Assembly: GCA_045539015.1 (NCBI GenBank)
Contig: JAZQEN010000014.1
Span: 10,039 to 74,038 of the forward strand
DNA: 64,000 nucleotides
Direction of reading: 5' to 3'
Origin: Candidatus Cryptobacteroides sp.
Lineage (GTDB): Bacteria; Bacteroidota; Bacteroidia; Bacteroidales; UBA932
A program made the translations under genes and the position numbers. Below, piece after piece: positions 35,737 to 44,482 of this stretch (within the stretch, counting starts at the first letter, position 1; the number at the start of each line of letters is the position of its first letter). Under the pieces are notes generated by a model. It did not search any database and was not told where the DNA came from. It worked only from the letters and a program-made list of their open reading frames with translations.

Positions 35737-38145
35737 ATGAAAAGATATTTTATATATATGATGACAGCGCTGCTGTCGCTTGGCCTGGTATCTTGTGTCG
35801 AGGAGGAGACCCACGCACCTGGTGAGATGGATGCTGAGAATTGCTACGGTGTGTATTTCCCTGCTCAGACAGGTGTAGGTGATCTTCAGATAGAGCCTGA
35901 CGATCCTACTACCTTGACTTTCATTGCACGTAGAACCAATCCGCGCGGAACCATAAATGTTCCGGTAAAGATCAAGTCGAACTATCCGGTGTTCACGATA
36001 GATGAGATCGAGTTCAAGGATGGGGAATCCACCGCTGAAGTGGTAGTTCATTTCCCTTCAGCGAAAATTGCTACTACATACGAGTGTACGCTTGTGCTTG
36101 AAGGGGATGAGTATGTTTCAAAGTATTCTGCAAATCCTACCCATATCAGTTTCAGTGTCACCAGAGTGAAGTGGAACGATGTGGTCGGACCGAACGGTGA
36201 GACCTATGGCAGATGGCGCGATGGTATCTTCCCTGAGTGGTTTGCAGTTACAAATCCGAACCTTGAGAGGAACATAACTCTTCAGGAAAGAGATGATATG
36301 CCGGGATATTACAGGACATTCGACGTGTACAGTGAAAGCTATATGGGTGAGATGTTCAACGCCAACATGTCAAGTATCTGCGTATCACAGCATTATACCT
36401 ATATCGATGCAACGGATCCTGAAAAGGTCTGGATCCCGACATTCAAGACAGGTGCAATCATGTCACCTCAGTATGGAATGATGAGCGTCGGATCTTATGT
36501 CGTGGAGAATTCGAATGACTTCGATCCTTCAATCGCCTCTGTATACGGAACGCTCAAGGATGGCGTGATAGAGTTCCCTTATGGTTCTCTTGAGATGAAG
36601 CTTGAGACAATGGGCTGGTACCCTACCAATTCCGCAGGGCTTCATAGAATCATTCTTCCTGGATATAGGGCAAAGGAGTATGAACTTGCGGTTCTTCCAG
36701 GCGTTTCAGACCAGTATGGTAATCTTGCTGTCAATGTCACCATGGGTTCTGATATCACTTCTGTCCGTCTTGCTGTCTTCGAGGGCACCCTTGCTGAGTC
36801 TGTGGTTGGAGAAAAGGCAGGACTGATTGCTGCCGGCGCAGACGAGGAGGGCATCGGCGATGTCATTACAGTCAACCGTTCTTCTGCAGTCGACTATTCA
36901 TTCGATAAGACAGGAGTCTACACTGTGGTTGCAGCCGGATTCGATATCTCAGGTAATCATCGCGCGACAGAATCGGCATCTTTCGGATATCTCAAGGCCG
37001 GTGATGACGCTAATAAGGTTATTCTCAGCAGCGGCCTCATCTGCTCTGACAAGTATGCCTCAGAAGGTCTTACCTCGAAGAATTCTCTTGAGATCTATAT
37101 CTCGGGCAAGAATATCCAGAGGCTTCATGCGGGTCTCTACTCAAAGGACAAGTGGGTTGGAAATGAAGAGAAAGTCAAGATGGAGATTACTGAAAGTCAG
37201 ATGAATAAGGCAAGTCTCGATCTTGTGAACGGAAGTGGTCTGGCTCTTAAGCAGGGCTATCTTGTTCCTGGTACAGAGTATGTTCTCGTGATCAAGGCCT
37301 ACAACGGCTATCGTGAGGAGTTCTTTGTCTCTGAGGCAAAGACAGCGGGAGAATGGGATGCACGACTTGCTGAATATGATCTGTCAGATGTTGACATGAA
37401 TCTTATTCCTGCCGGAAGGACAGGATACTGCGGCAATTACCATTATTATGCAATGGAAGGTGATATGTACTCGAGAGCATATATCGGTGATGTTACAGTA
37501 AGTACGGATTTCCCTGAAGGTTATACACCAAGCATGTCCGGTTATGAATTCGTCAATATAAAGGGACTCTTCCCTAAGGCAAGACATTTCGGCCTTGAGG
37601 ATGATTCATACTCATTCATATATTATGACAATCTGCTCTATAACTTCGAACAGGCGTTCGAAAGTTTCTACAATGACGGCACATTGTATTATCCTTCAGC
37701 TTTGATGTATACTGCGAGCGGTTCTGCATATGGCGGACGTATGGGACTGATGGGAGCATTTGTCCGTGATGGATATCTCGCGATCATCGACTCAGGAATG
37801 TTTGCTGATTACGGTGAGATCGTAGACGGCTTTGCTGTGCTTGCATATCAGGATCCTAACCATACCACATATACCGGCCTGATCGATCTTGTCACAGGTA
37901 TGCTTCTGGTTCGTGAAGATCTTGATCCTGATCCTATCCTTGATGAGCGCAGGGAGGAGGAGAATGCTGCTGAAGCATCTGCTTCCATGGCAGCTGCAGC
38001 TGGACTTGATTGTATCATCAGGCGTGGACCTGCAAATTATGTGGAGAGTTTTGACGGATTCCTGAAGTCTTCATTCGAGCAGGCTCGTCAGCAGGTCCGC
38101 GTGAAGAACTATCTCGACCTGGACAATATGCAGATAATTGAGTAA
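35737..38145 (+). CDS. Large surface lipoprotein of unknown function (SusC/D accessory)
   Basis: Lipobox LVSC followed by acidic VEEE; beta-rich multi-domain appearance; no catalytic motif recognised. Confidence 0.65.
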   Translation: MKRYFIYMMTALLSLGLVSCVEEETHAPGEMDAENCYGVYFPAQTGVGDLQIEPDDPTTLTFIARRTNPRGTINVPVKIKSNYPVFTIDEIEFKDGESTAEVVVHFPSAKIATTYECTLVLEGDEYVSKYSANPTHISFSVTRVKWNDVVGPNGETYGRWRDGIFPEWFAVTNPNLERNITLQERDDMPGYYRTFDVYSESYMGEMFNANMSSICVSQHYTYIDATDPEKVWIPTFKTGAIMSPQYGMMSVGSYVVENSNDFDPSIASVYGTLKDGVIEFPYGSLEMKLETMGWYPTNSAGLHRIILPGYRAKEYELAVLPGVSDQYGNLAVNVTMGSDITSVRLAVFEGTLAESVVGEKAGLIAAGADEEGIGDVITVNRSSAVDYSFDKTGVYTVVAAGFDISGNHRATESASFGYLKAGDDANKVILSSGLICSDKYASEGLTSKNSLEIYISGKNIQRLHAGLYSKDKWVGNEEKVKMEITESQMNKASLDLVNGSGLALKQGYLVPGTEYVLVIKAYNGYREEFFVSEAKTAGEWDARLAEYDLSDVDMNLIPAGRTGYCGNYHYYAMEGDMYSRAYIGDVTVSTDFPEGYTPSMSGYEFVNIKGLFPKARHFGLEDDSYSFIYYDNLLYNFEQAFESFYNDGTLYYPSALMYTASGSAYGGRMGLMGAFVRDGYLAIIDSGMFADYGEIVDGFAVLAYQDPNHTTYTGLIDLVTGMLLVREDLDPDPILDERREEENAAEASASMAAAAGLDCIIRRGPANYVESFDGFLKSSFEQARQQVRVKNYLDLDNMQIIE

Positions 38146-38166
38146 ATTCGATAAACCTGATTAAAT

Positions 38167-40191
38167 ATGAAATCCGATATGATAAAAAGAATTTTCAGTA
38201 TCATTATTCCTGCAGCAGTTGTTGCAGCAGGCTGCTCTCAGTTGGAGGAGCCTGCTCAGGAACAGGCCGCTGCGCCGGGAGCACCGCTTCTTACAAAGTG
38301 CGTGAACTCTGCTGACGATGCTCAGGAAGGTACACTCCTGGTTTATCTAGATGAAGATCTTGCTCTTATGCTTGCTGAAGGTGAAGGTACGCCAGAATGG
38401 AATCAAGCATGTGAGCAGCTGGGAGTTGAATATGTAGAAAAACTTTTCCCAAGGACAGATGACGACCTGTCTCAAAGATATGGACTTCACCGTTGGTATC
38501 TTCTTTCGTTCCCGTCTGAGACTGGAGTGGTTGATGCTGCAGAAGAGATGGCTGAACTTGCCAATGTCACTGCTATTCAGTTCAATACCACATATGAAAG
38601 GCGTTTCGGAAGTGAGGCCCCTATCGAGTGGAAACCATTTGCAGGCAGAGGCTATGGCGAGTTCAATCTTCCGTTCAATGACCCTATGCTTGTTGATCAG
38701 TGGCATTACATCAACAACAAGGACATGAGTGTAGCCGAGACATCAAGGTATGGTGCAGACATCAATGTCAAGAATGCATGGGGACTTACTGCAGGAGACC
38801 GTAGAATCATCGTTGCCGTATGTGATGAGGGTGTCAAGTATACCCACCCGGATCTGGTTGAAAATATGTGGGTCAATCCTGGTGAGATTCCCGGTAACGG
38901 TAAAGATGATGACGACAACGGATATGTAGATGATATCCATGGATGGAACTTCCTCCACACGGAGAAGTATCCGAAGGAGATCAGTTGGAATGAGCCTGGT
39001 GACGTCAGCCATGGAACCCATGTGGCCGGTACCATCGCAGCCGTAAATAACAATGGTATAGGTATCAGCGGTATCGCAGGAGGAACCGGTAATGATGACG
39101 GCTGCCGTATCATGTCCTGCCAGGTGTTCTCAGGAGCCAGCTCCGCAACAGTTGGTGCTCGCGCCAGAGCATACCATTATGCCGCGCAGATGGGCGCATG
39201 TATCCTCCAGTGTTCTTATGGTAATGAGGGTGGTTTCATCACATCGGATGCAGGTTTTGAGGCGACATACTCTGTTGAGATGGCTGCTTTGAGATACTTC
39301 AGGGAGTATAAGGCCGAGAACCTTGACTGCAATGATTCACCTGTCGACAGGAATATAATCATCTTCGCGGCCGGTAACGATGGTGTCGCCATGGCAGGAT
39401 ATCCGGCTGCGCATAAGGAAATCATATCGGTTACTGCTTTCGGCCCGGACTATCTTCCTACCAACTACACCAATTATGGTCCCGGATGTAACATCGCTGC
39501 TCCGGGCGGTGACGTGGCTATAAATCTCTCGACTACTTCCGAGCGTGCCCAGATCCTTTCCACAACCGCAGTGGAATCTGAAAGCTATGACTCGAATTAT
39601 GGATGGATGCAGGGAACATCAATGGCCTGTCCACATGTTTCCGGTGTGGTGGCTCTCGGACTCTCATATGCTCTGAAGATTGGAAAGACCCTGACTTATG
39701 ATGAGTTTCTGGGAATCCTCTATTCTTCTGTAAACGATATCGACTACTATATAGAGACCTCAACCAAGACTGCTAACGGAGTGGATTTTGACCTTACTCC
39801 GTATTGGAAGAAGATGGGAACCGGAGCAATTGATACCTGGAAGCTTCTGATGAACATCGAGGGAACACCTAATCTCATTGCCAAGGTCGGTGAGGAGTAC
39901 AAAGTTTCACTCGTGCCTTGTTTTGGTGCTCCTGCTGCCAATCTTACCTACACCAAGCTTGAGGTCAGTGATGAGGCTCGTGAGGCTCTCGGAATAGAAG
40001 GCGAACCGTATATCAATAACGGACGCCTGTTCATCAAGTGTACAAAGTATGGTTCTGCAAAGATCAGCATTACAGCGATTGCCGGCGGTGAGAACGTCGC
40101 AACGGGAGCAGTGATGGGTGGCAGCGAATTCACAAGAGAGGTTTCACTTCTGTCCCGCGACTCGGTAGCTGAAAATGGTGGATGGCTCTAA
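38167..40191 (+). CDS. S8 subtilase lipoprotein 2 (no CTD)
   Basis: Lipobox AAGC; VAVCDEG / HGTHVAG / GTSMACPH; NPGEIPGNGKDDDDNGYVDDIHGWNF insert; ends NGGWL. Confidence 0.9.
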   Translation: MKSDMIKRIFSIIIPAAVVAAGCSQLEEPAQEQAAAPGAPLLTKCVNSADDAQEGTLLVYLDEDLALMLAEGEGTPEWNQACEQLGVEYVEKLFPRTDDDLSQRYGLHRWYLLSFPSETGVVDAAEEMAELANVTAIQFNTTYERRFGSEAPIEWKPFAGRGYGEFNLPFNDPMLVDQWHYINNKDMSVAETSRYGADINVKNAWGLTAGDRRIIVAVCDEGVKYTHPDLVENMWVNPGEIPGNGKDDDDNGYVDDIHGWNFLHTEKYPKEISWNEPGDVSHGTHVAGTIAAVNNNGIGISGIAGGTGNDDGCRIMSCQVFSGASSATVGARARAYHYAAQMGACILQCSYGNEGGFITSDAGFEATYSVEMAALRYFREYKAENLDCNDSPVDRNIIIFAAGNDGVAMAGYPAAHKEIISVTAFGPDYLPTNYTNYGPGCNIAAPGGDVAINLSTTSERAQILSTTAVESESYDSNYGWMQGTSMACPHVSGVVALGLSYALKIGKTLTYDEFLGILYSSVNDIDYYIETSTKTANGVDFDLTPYWKKMGTGAIDTWKLLMNIEGTPNLIAKVGEEYKVSLVPCFGAPAANLTYTKLEVSDEAREALGIEGEPYINNGRLFIKCTKYGSAKISITAIAGGENVATGAVMGGSEFTREVSLLSRDSVAENGGWL

Positions 40192-40204
40192 AATGATGAT
40201 TCGT

Positions 40205-40648
40205 ATGAAAAAAATTACTAAGATATTCCTTTTGGCAGCAGCTGCGCTTTTTGCCTTTGCTGCATGTACTGACCCGGAAACTGAGAAACTTGAGAAGATC
40301 GTAGGTGAGTGGCATTACAGCGGTGTGGAGTCAGGAGTGGAGATTGATATCTACCTTGGACTTTCATCTGACTATACCTTCGATCTGTATCAGAAGGTGG
40401 GAGAGGGCCCTCATTACCTCTACAAGGGTAAGTATAAATTTGATGGCGAGGTGATTACCGGAACATATTCGGATTACACCCCATGGGCACACGAATATAA
40501 GGTGGGTGGTTCGGGAAGTACTTTGGTGCTTACATCCGTTACTGCTCCGGATTACTCGATGACTTTCCAGAAGAAAGCGATACCTGAGGAAGTGTTGACA
40601 CATTATATGCCTGTAACCAAGGCCGAAGAGAATTCGCCGCTTCTTTAG
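40205..40648 (+). CDS. Lipocalin-like small lipoprotein
   Basis: Lipobox FAAC; IVGEWH and TFDLYQ...YKGKY pattern. Confidence 0.65.
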   Translation: MKKITKIFLLAAAALFAFAACTDPETEKLEKIVGEWHYSGVESGVEIDIYLGLSSDYTFDLYQKVGEGPHYLYKGKYKFDGEVITGTYSDYTPWAHEYKVGGSGSTLVLTSVTAPDYSMTFQKKAIPEEVLTHYMPVTKAEENSPLL

Positions 40649-40662
40649 TAAGGATAAATGAG

Positions 40663-40695
40663 AATGGGATGACCGATCGGTCATCCCATTTTTTT
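40663..40695. terminator. Terminator between convergent genes
   Basis: Perfect 12-bp stem AATGGGATGACC / GGTCATCCCATT followed by a T-tract. Confidence 0.88.
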
Positions 40696-40696
40696 G

Positions 40697-42070
40697 TTAC
40701 AACGTGTCTGTCTTCAGTTTTTCGATATATCGGTCAATCTTGTGGAGTTCCTTCGGTATATCGATGCTTTGTGGGCAGTGGCTCATGCACTGGCCGCAAC
40801 CGATGCATCGTGCTGCCTGACGTAGTTTCGGTACAGTCCTGTCATAGCTTACAAGGTAGGCCCTTCTGGCCTCGCTGTAGTTCTTGTCTGCCCTGCTTGT
40901 CGCCAAGTTTCCTTCGTTCACACATTTGTTGTAGTGCAGAAGGATGGCAGGAATGTCGATTCCGTACGGGCATGGCATGCAGTATTTGCAGTCGTTGCAT
41001 GGGATGGTAGGGTAGTCCTGCATCAGCACTACTGTCTCTTCCAGGAATTTGAGATCTTCTTCGTTCAGAGAAACAAGTGGGGAGTAGGTCTTGAGGTTGT
41101 CCTGCAGGTGCTCCATGTAGGTCATTCCGCTCAGAACCGTCAGTACGCCTTCCGGCGTTCCTGCAAAACGGAATGCCCATGAGGCGATACTCCCTTCCGG
41201 ATTGCGTTCCTTGAGCCTCTGGGCGATGTTCTCAGGTACATTTGCAAGTCTTCCTCCCAGGAGAGGCTCCATTATGATTGACGGAATGCCTCTCTTGTCG
41301 AGCTCCTGCTGGAGGTACTCTGCGTTGGCATTCCTTCCGCCGGCATGCTTCCAGTCTACATAGTTGAGCTGGATCTGGACGAAGTCCCAATGATACTTCT
41401 CGTGAGTGGTCATGAGCTCGTCCCATCCTGCGGCAGAGCCGTGGAATGAGAATCCCAGATTCCTTATCCTTCCGGCTTTCCTTTCCTCCAGCAGGAAGTC
41501 AATCACGCCATTCTCAACATATCTTTTCTGGAATGCATCCATTCCGCTTATACTGTGGAGAAGGTAGTAGTCTATGTAGTCAGTCTGGAGATTTTCAAAG
41601 GACTTGCGGTACATCTCGATAGAGTTCTCCCTGCTTGCATTGCTGAAGTTGGAGAGTTTGGTCGCAATGAAGTAGCTTTCGCGCGGATGGCGCTTAAGTG
41701 CGATTCCTGTAGCTGTCTCGCTTTGTCCCTGGAGATATACGGGGGCTGTGTCGAAATAGTTCACTCCATGCTCGATTGCGTAATCAACCAGTCTGTTTGT
41801 GGTCTCCTGATCGATTATGTCCTTGCCGTTCTCGTCCTTGATCATCGGCCACCTCATGCATCCATATCCAAGTATGCTGACCTTGTCTCCGTTCTCGGGA
41901 TGAGTCCTGTATGTCATTTCGCCTTCGGGAACAGCTTGGGTGGCACCGTTATTCTTTGATCCTCCGGCGCAACTTGCTATCGTTCCGATGCTGCCCGCCA
42001 GCAGCGTTGCACACCCGGCAGTCTTGAGAAACTCTCTTCTATCTATATTCTTTTTCATAGTCTTGTGCAT
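40697..42070 (-). CDS. Tat-exported aldo/keto reductase with C-terminal 4Fe-4S dicluster
   Basis: RREFLK Tat motif, LGYGCMR, YFDTAPVY, CNDCKYCMPCP and CIGCGQCMSHCP. Confidence 0.9.
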   Translation of the reverse strand: MHKTMKKNIDRREFLKTAGCATLLAGSIGTIASCAGGSKNNGATQAVPEGEMTYRTHPENGDKVSILGYGCMRWPMIKDENGKDIIDQETTNRLVDYAIEHGVNYFDTAPVYLQGQSETATGIALKRHPRESYFIATKLSNFSNASRENSIEMYRKSFENLQTDYIDYYLLHSISGMDAFQKRYVENGVIDFLLEERKAGRIRNLGFSFHGSAAGWDELMTTHEKYHWDFVQIQLNYVDWKHAGGRNANAEYLQQELDKRGIPSIIMEPLLGGRLANVPENIAQRLKERNPEGSIASWAFRFAGTPEGVLTVLSGMTYMEHLQDNLKTYSPLVSLNEEDLKFLEETVVLMQDYPTIPCNDCKYCMPCPYGIDIPAILLHYNKCVNEGNLATSRADKNYSEARRAYLVSYDRTVPKLRQAARCIGCGQCMSHCPQSIDIPKELHKIDRYIEKLKTDTL

Positions 42071-43570
42071 TTAAAGTTCCCTGTGTACCTCGTGTCCTTC
42101 CACATGTATCGCGGCAAGAGGCCTTGCCGGACATAAGTTCTCACATGCTCCACATCCGATACATCTTTCTTCGTTGACTGTCGGTATCATCAGTGAGTCC
42201 TTGTTGTCCGGGTCTTTGCGTACCATCATGATGGCTCCGACCGGGCAGTGACGTGCACAGTTTCCGCATTTTACGTCATCTGTGTTCACTACGCAAGCCT
42301 TGAGGTTCACTACGGCATGTCCGATCTGGATAGATGATTTCTCCTCTTTTGTTATCGGCCTGATTGCTCCGGCAGGGCAAACCTGCGAGCACTTGGTGCA
42401 TTCAGGGCGGCAGTATCCTCTTTCATATGACATTTCAGGCTGCATCAAGGTGTCGAGGTCGGTCGATGGCCTGAGCACCTGGTTAGGGCATACGCTCACG
42501 CACAGCTGGCATCCGGTGCAGTGGCGGTTGAAGTTTCTCAAACTTTCAGATCCTGCCGGCACAATAGGAGTCTGTCTGCAAGGCTGCATGGCGTTGCTGA
42601 CATCTGCCAATCCGCCGTCCACCTTCATGTCCTGGGCCTTAAGAGCTGCTGCAGAGGCGACCAGAACTCCGGTAGTTATGAATGTACGTCTGTCTACACC
42701 GGATGGGGTCTCCTTGATGCTTTTGGCTTCTGGCTTGCTTCCCTTGTGGCGGAGAGCGAAATGGATAGCTCCTTCTTTGCACGTGTCTATACAGTCCATG
42801 CATGCAACACAGCGGCTGTAGTCGATCTTATGTTCCTTCATGTTTATGCATGAAGACTTGCACTGCTTTCCGCACAGGCCGCAGTTGCGGCATTTCTCAG
42901 TGTCGATCACCGGGGCAAAGATGCTGAATCTCGACAGGAATCCCAATGTCGTTCCAACCGGACAGATAGTGTTGCACCATGTCCTGCCCTTTGTCCAGGC
43001 AAGTATGAATATTATTATGAATGAAGCTATGGCTATGATAAATGTTGGAAGTGATTTGATCCACACGTCAACCGTATAGAATCTGTAACTTCCTGCGCGC
43101 TCGGCCCATCCTGCAAGCAGGTTGTTGCCCCACTGATATATCGGTGCTACAAGGTTGGAGGCAATTCTTCCGTATGCACTGTATGGGGCTACAAGTGCCA
43201 CCAGGGAGTGGAATCCCAGGAAAAATGCTATAATGAACAACAGGAGGGTTCCATATCTCAGCCAGTTGTTGGCGGGTGAGTATGCGAAACGGAACCTGTT
43301 CTTTTTCTTCAGTCTGCCTCGTGTCCACGAAATGATGTCCTGCATCACTCCGAGAGGGCATATTACAGAACAATATACTCTTCCGAAAAGCAGGGTAAGT
43401 ATCACAAGCCCTGCAATTACAAGAAAATTGGCAGCAAGTGCTGCAGGCAGGAACTGGATCTTTGCCATCCAACCTAGCCACGCATGAATAGTCCCCGTGA
43501 AATCAAGAAACAGCAGTGTGACTCCCAGAAAGAATACTGCTGCCAGAACAATTCTGATTTTTCTCAGCAT
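42071..43570 (-). CDS. Membrane polyferredoxin (NapH/MauN-like fused to NapG/MauM-like)
   Basis: GRVYCSVICPLG, GRTWCNTICPVG, multiple CxxCxxCxxxC motifs and internal DRRTFI. Confidence 0.88.
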   Translation of the reverse strand: MLRKIRIVLAAVFFLGVTLLFLDFTGTIHAWLGWMAKIQFLPAALAANFLVIAGLVILTLLFGRVYCSVICPLGVMQDIISWTRGRLKKKNRFRFAYSPANNWLRYGTLLLFIIAFFLGFHSLVALVAPYSAYGRIASNLVAPIYQWGNNLLAGWAERAGSYRFYTVDVWIKSLPTFIIAIASFIIIFILAWTKGRTWCNTICPVGTTLGFLSRFSIFAPVIDTEKCRNCGLCGKQCKSSCINMKEHKIDYSRCVACMDCIDTCKEGAIHFALRHKGSKPEAKSIKETPSGVDRRTFITTGVLVASAAALKAQDMKVDGGLADVSNAMQPCRQTPIVPAGSESLRNFNRHCTGCQLCVSVCPNQVLRPSTDLDTLMQPEMSYERGYCRPECTKCSQVCPAGAIRPITKEEKSSIQIGHAVVNLKACVVNTDDVKCGNCARHCPVGAIMMVRKDPDNKDSLMIPTVNEERCIGCGACENLCPARPLAAIHVEGHEVHREL

Positions 43571-43597
43571 ATAGTTTAGTCATTAGGTATAAACATA

Positions 43598-43605
43598 CAA
43601 ATATA
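43598..43605 (-). promoter_or_regulatory. -7 promoter box for the polyferredoxin-AKR operon
   Basis: TATATTTG on the minus strand, 27 nt upstream of the start. Confidence 0.6.
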
Positions 43606-43624
43606 CAAAAAATGCATTAATTTC

Positions 43625-43736
43625 AACCTGGCGCCTAATCTATTGACTATCAGCGAATAATAAAAACCTCGTGCTCCCTTTGGGGAGCACAATGTTTTAG
43701 TAACGCGTTGGCTATCATGGTGTTATGCGCCAGGGT
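43625..43736. repeat. ~110-bp nested imperfect palindrome (REP/MITE-like; may also terminate pflBA)
   Basis: Outer IR CCTGGCGC / GCGCCAGG, two 25-bp TAA..TTGRCTATCA..TWA boxes and central hairpin GTGCTCCC / GGGAGCAC. Confidence 0.6.
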
Positions 43737-43756
43737 GGTACTGGCTCGTGATAGAG

Positions 43757-44482
43757 CTAATTCAGTACGGCGCAGTCGAAGTATTCGTTGATGATGGCCA
43801 TTGCCCTGTCGAGCTGCTCCGGAGTATTGGTCTTGGTATCCTTGAGCTGATATTCCAGTCCCATTGTCTCATACTTATGTATACCTAAAGTATGGTATGG
43901 GAGTACCTCGACTCTTTGTAACATCTTGAAATCCTTGAAGTGCGCTCCGAGTGCTCTGATGTCCTCCTCATAGTCGCTGATGCCCGGAACGATCACATAA
44001 CGGAGCCAGAACGGCTTGCCGTTGTCCTCCAGCCACTGGGCTGTCTTTAGAGTCTGCTCGTTGCTGCGGCCGGTCAGGTCCTGATGTCTTGCATTGTTGA
44101 ACTGCTTGCAGTCCAGCAGCACGAGGTCAGTCTGCCTGAACAGCTCCTCGATGTCGCTGTTCCATGCACCTCCATTCGTGTCGATGCAGATATGTATGCC
44201 TTCTTCCTTCAGACGGGCGTAAAGCGGCAGAAGTTCTCTGGCCTGCATGGTGGGCTCTCCTCCGGAGAATGTCACGCCGCCTCTTCTGCCGAAGAAAGGT
44301 TTCTGGTTGACTGCCATCTGAACGATTTCTTCGACCTCTGTAGGAGTACCTCCGTCAAAGGAAATCGTGTCAGGATTGGCACAGTACAGGCACTTGAACG
44401 GGCAGCCCTGCAGAAAAACGACGAGCCTTAAACCTGGCCCGTCGTATGTTCCCATTGATTCGTAAGAATGAACCTTAAGCAT
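43757..44482 (-). CDS. pflA: Pyruvate formate-lyase activating enzyme
   Basis: DGPGLR, radical-SAM CPFKCLYC, SGGEP and LPYH; coupled to pflB. Confidence 0.95.
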   Translation of the reverse strand: MLKVHSYESMGTYDGPGLRLVVFLQGCPFKCLYCANPDTISFDGGTPTEVEEIVQMAVNQKPFFGRRGGVTFSGGEPTMQARELLPLYARLKEEGIHICIDTNGGAWNSDIEELFRQTDLVLLDCKQFNNARHQDLTGRSNEQTLKTAQWLEDNGKPFWLRYVIVPGISDYEEDIRALGAHFKDFKMLQRVEVLPYHTLGIHKYETMGLEYQLKDTKTNTPEQLDRAMAIINEYFDCAVLN

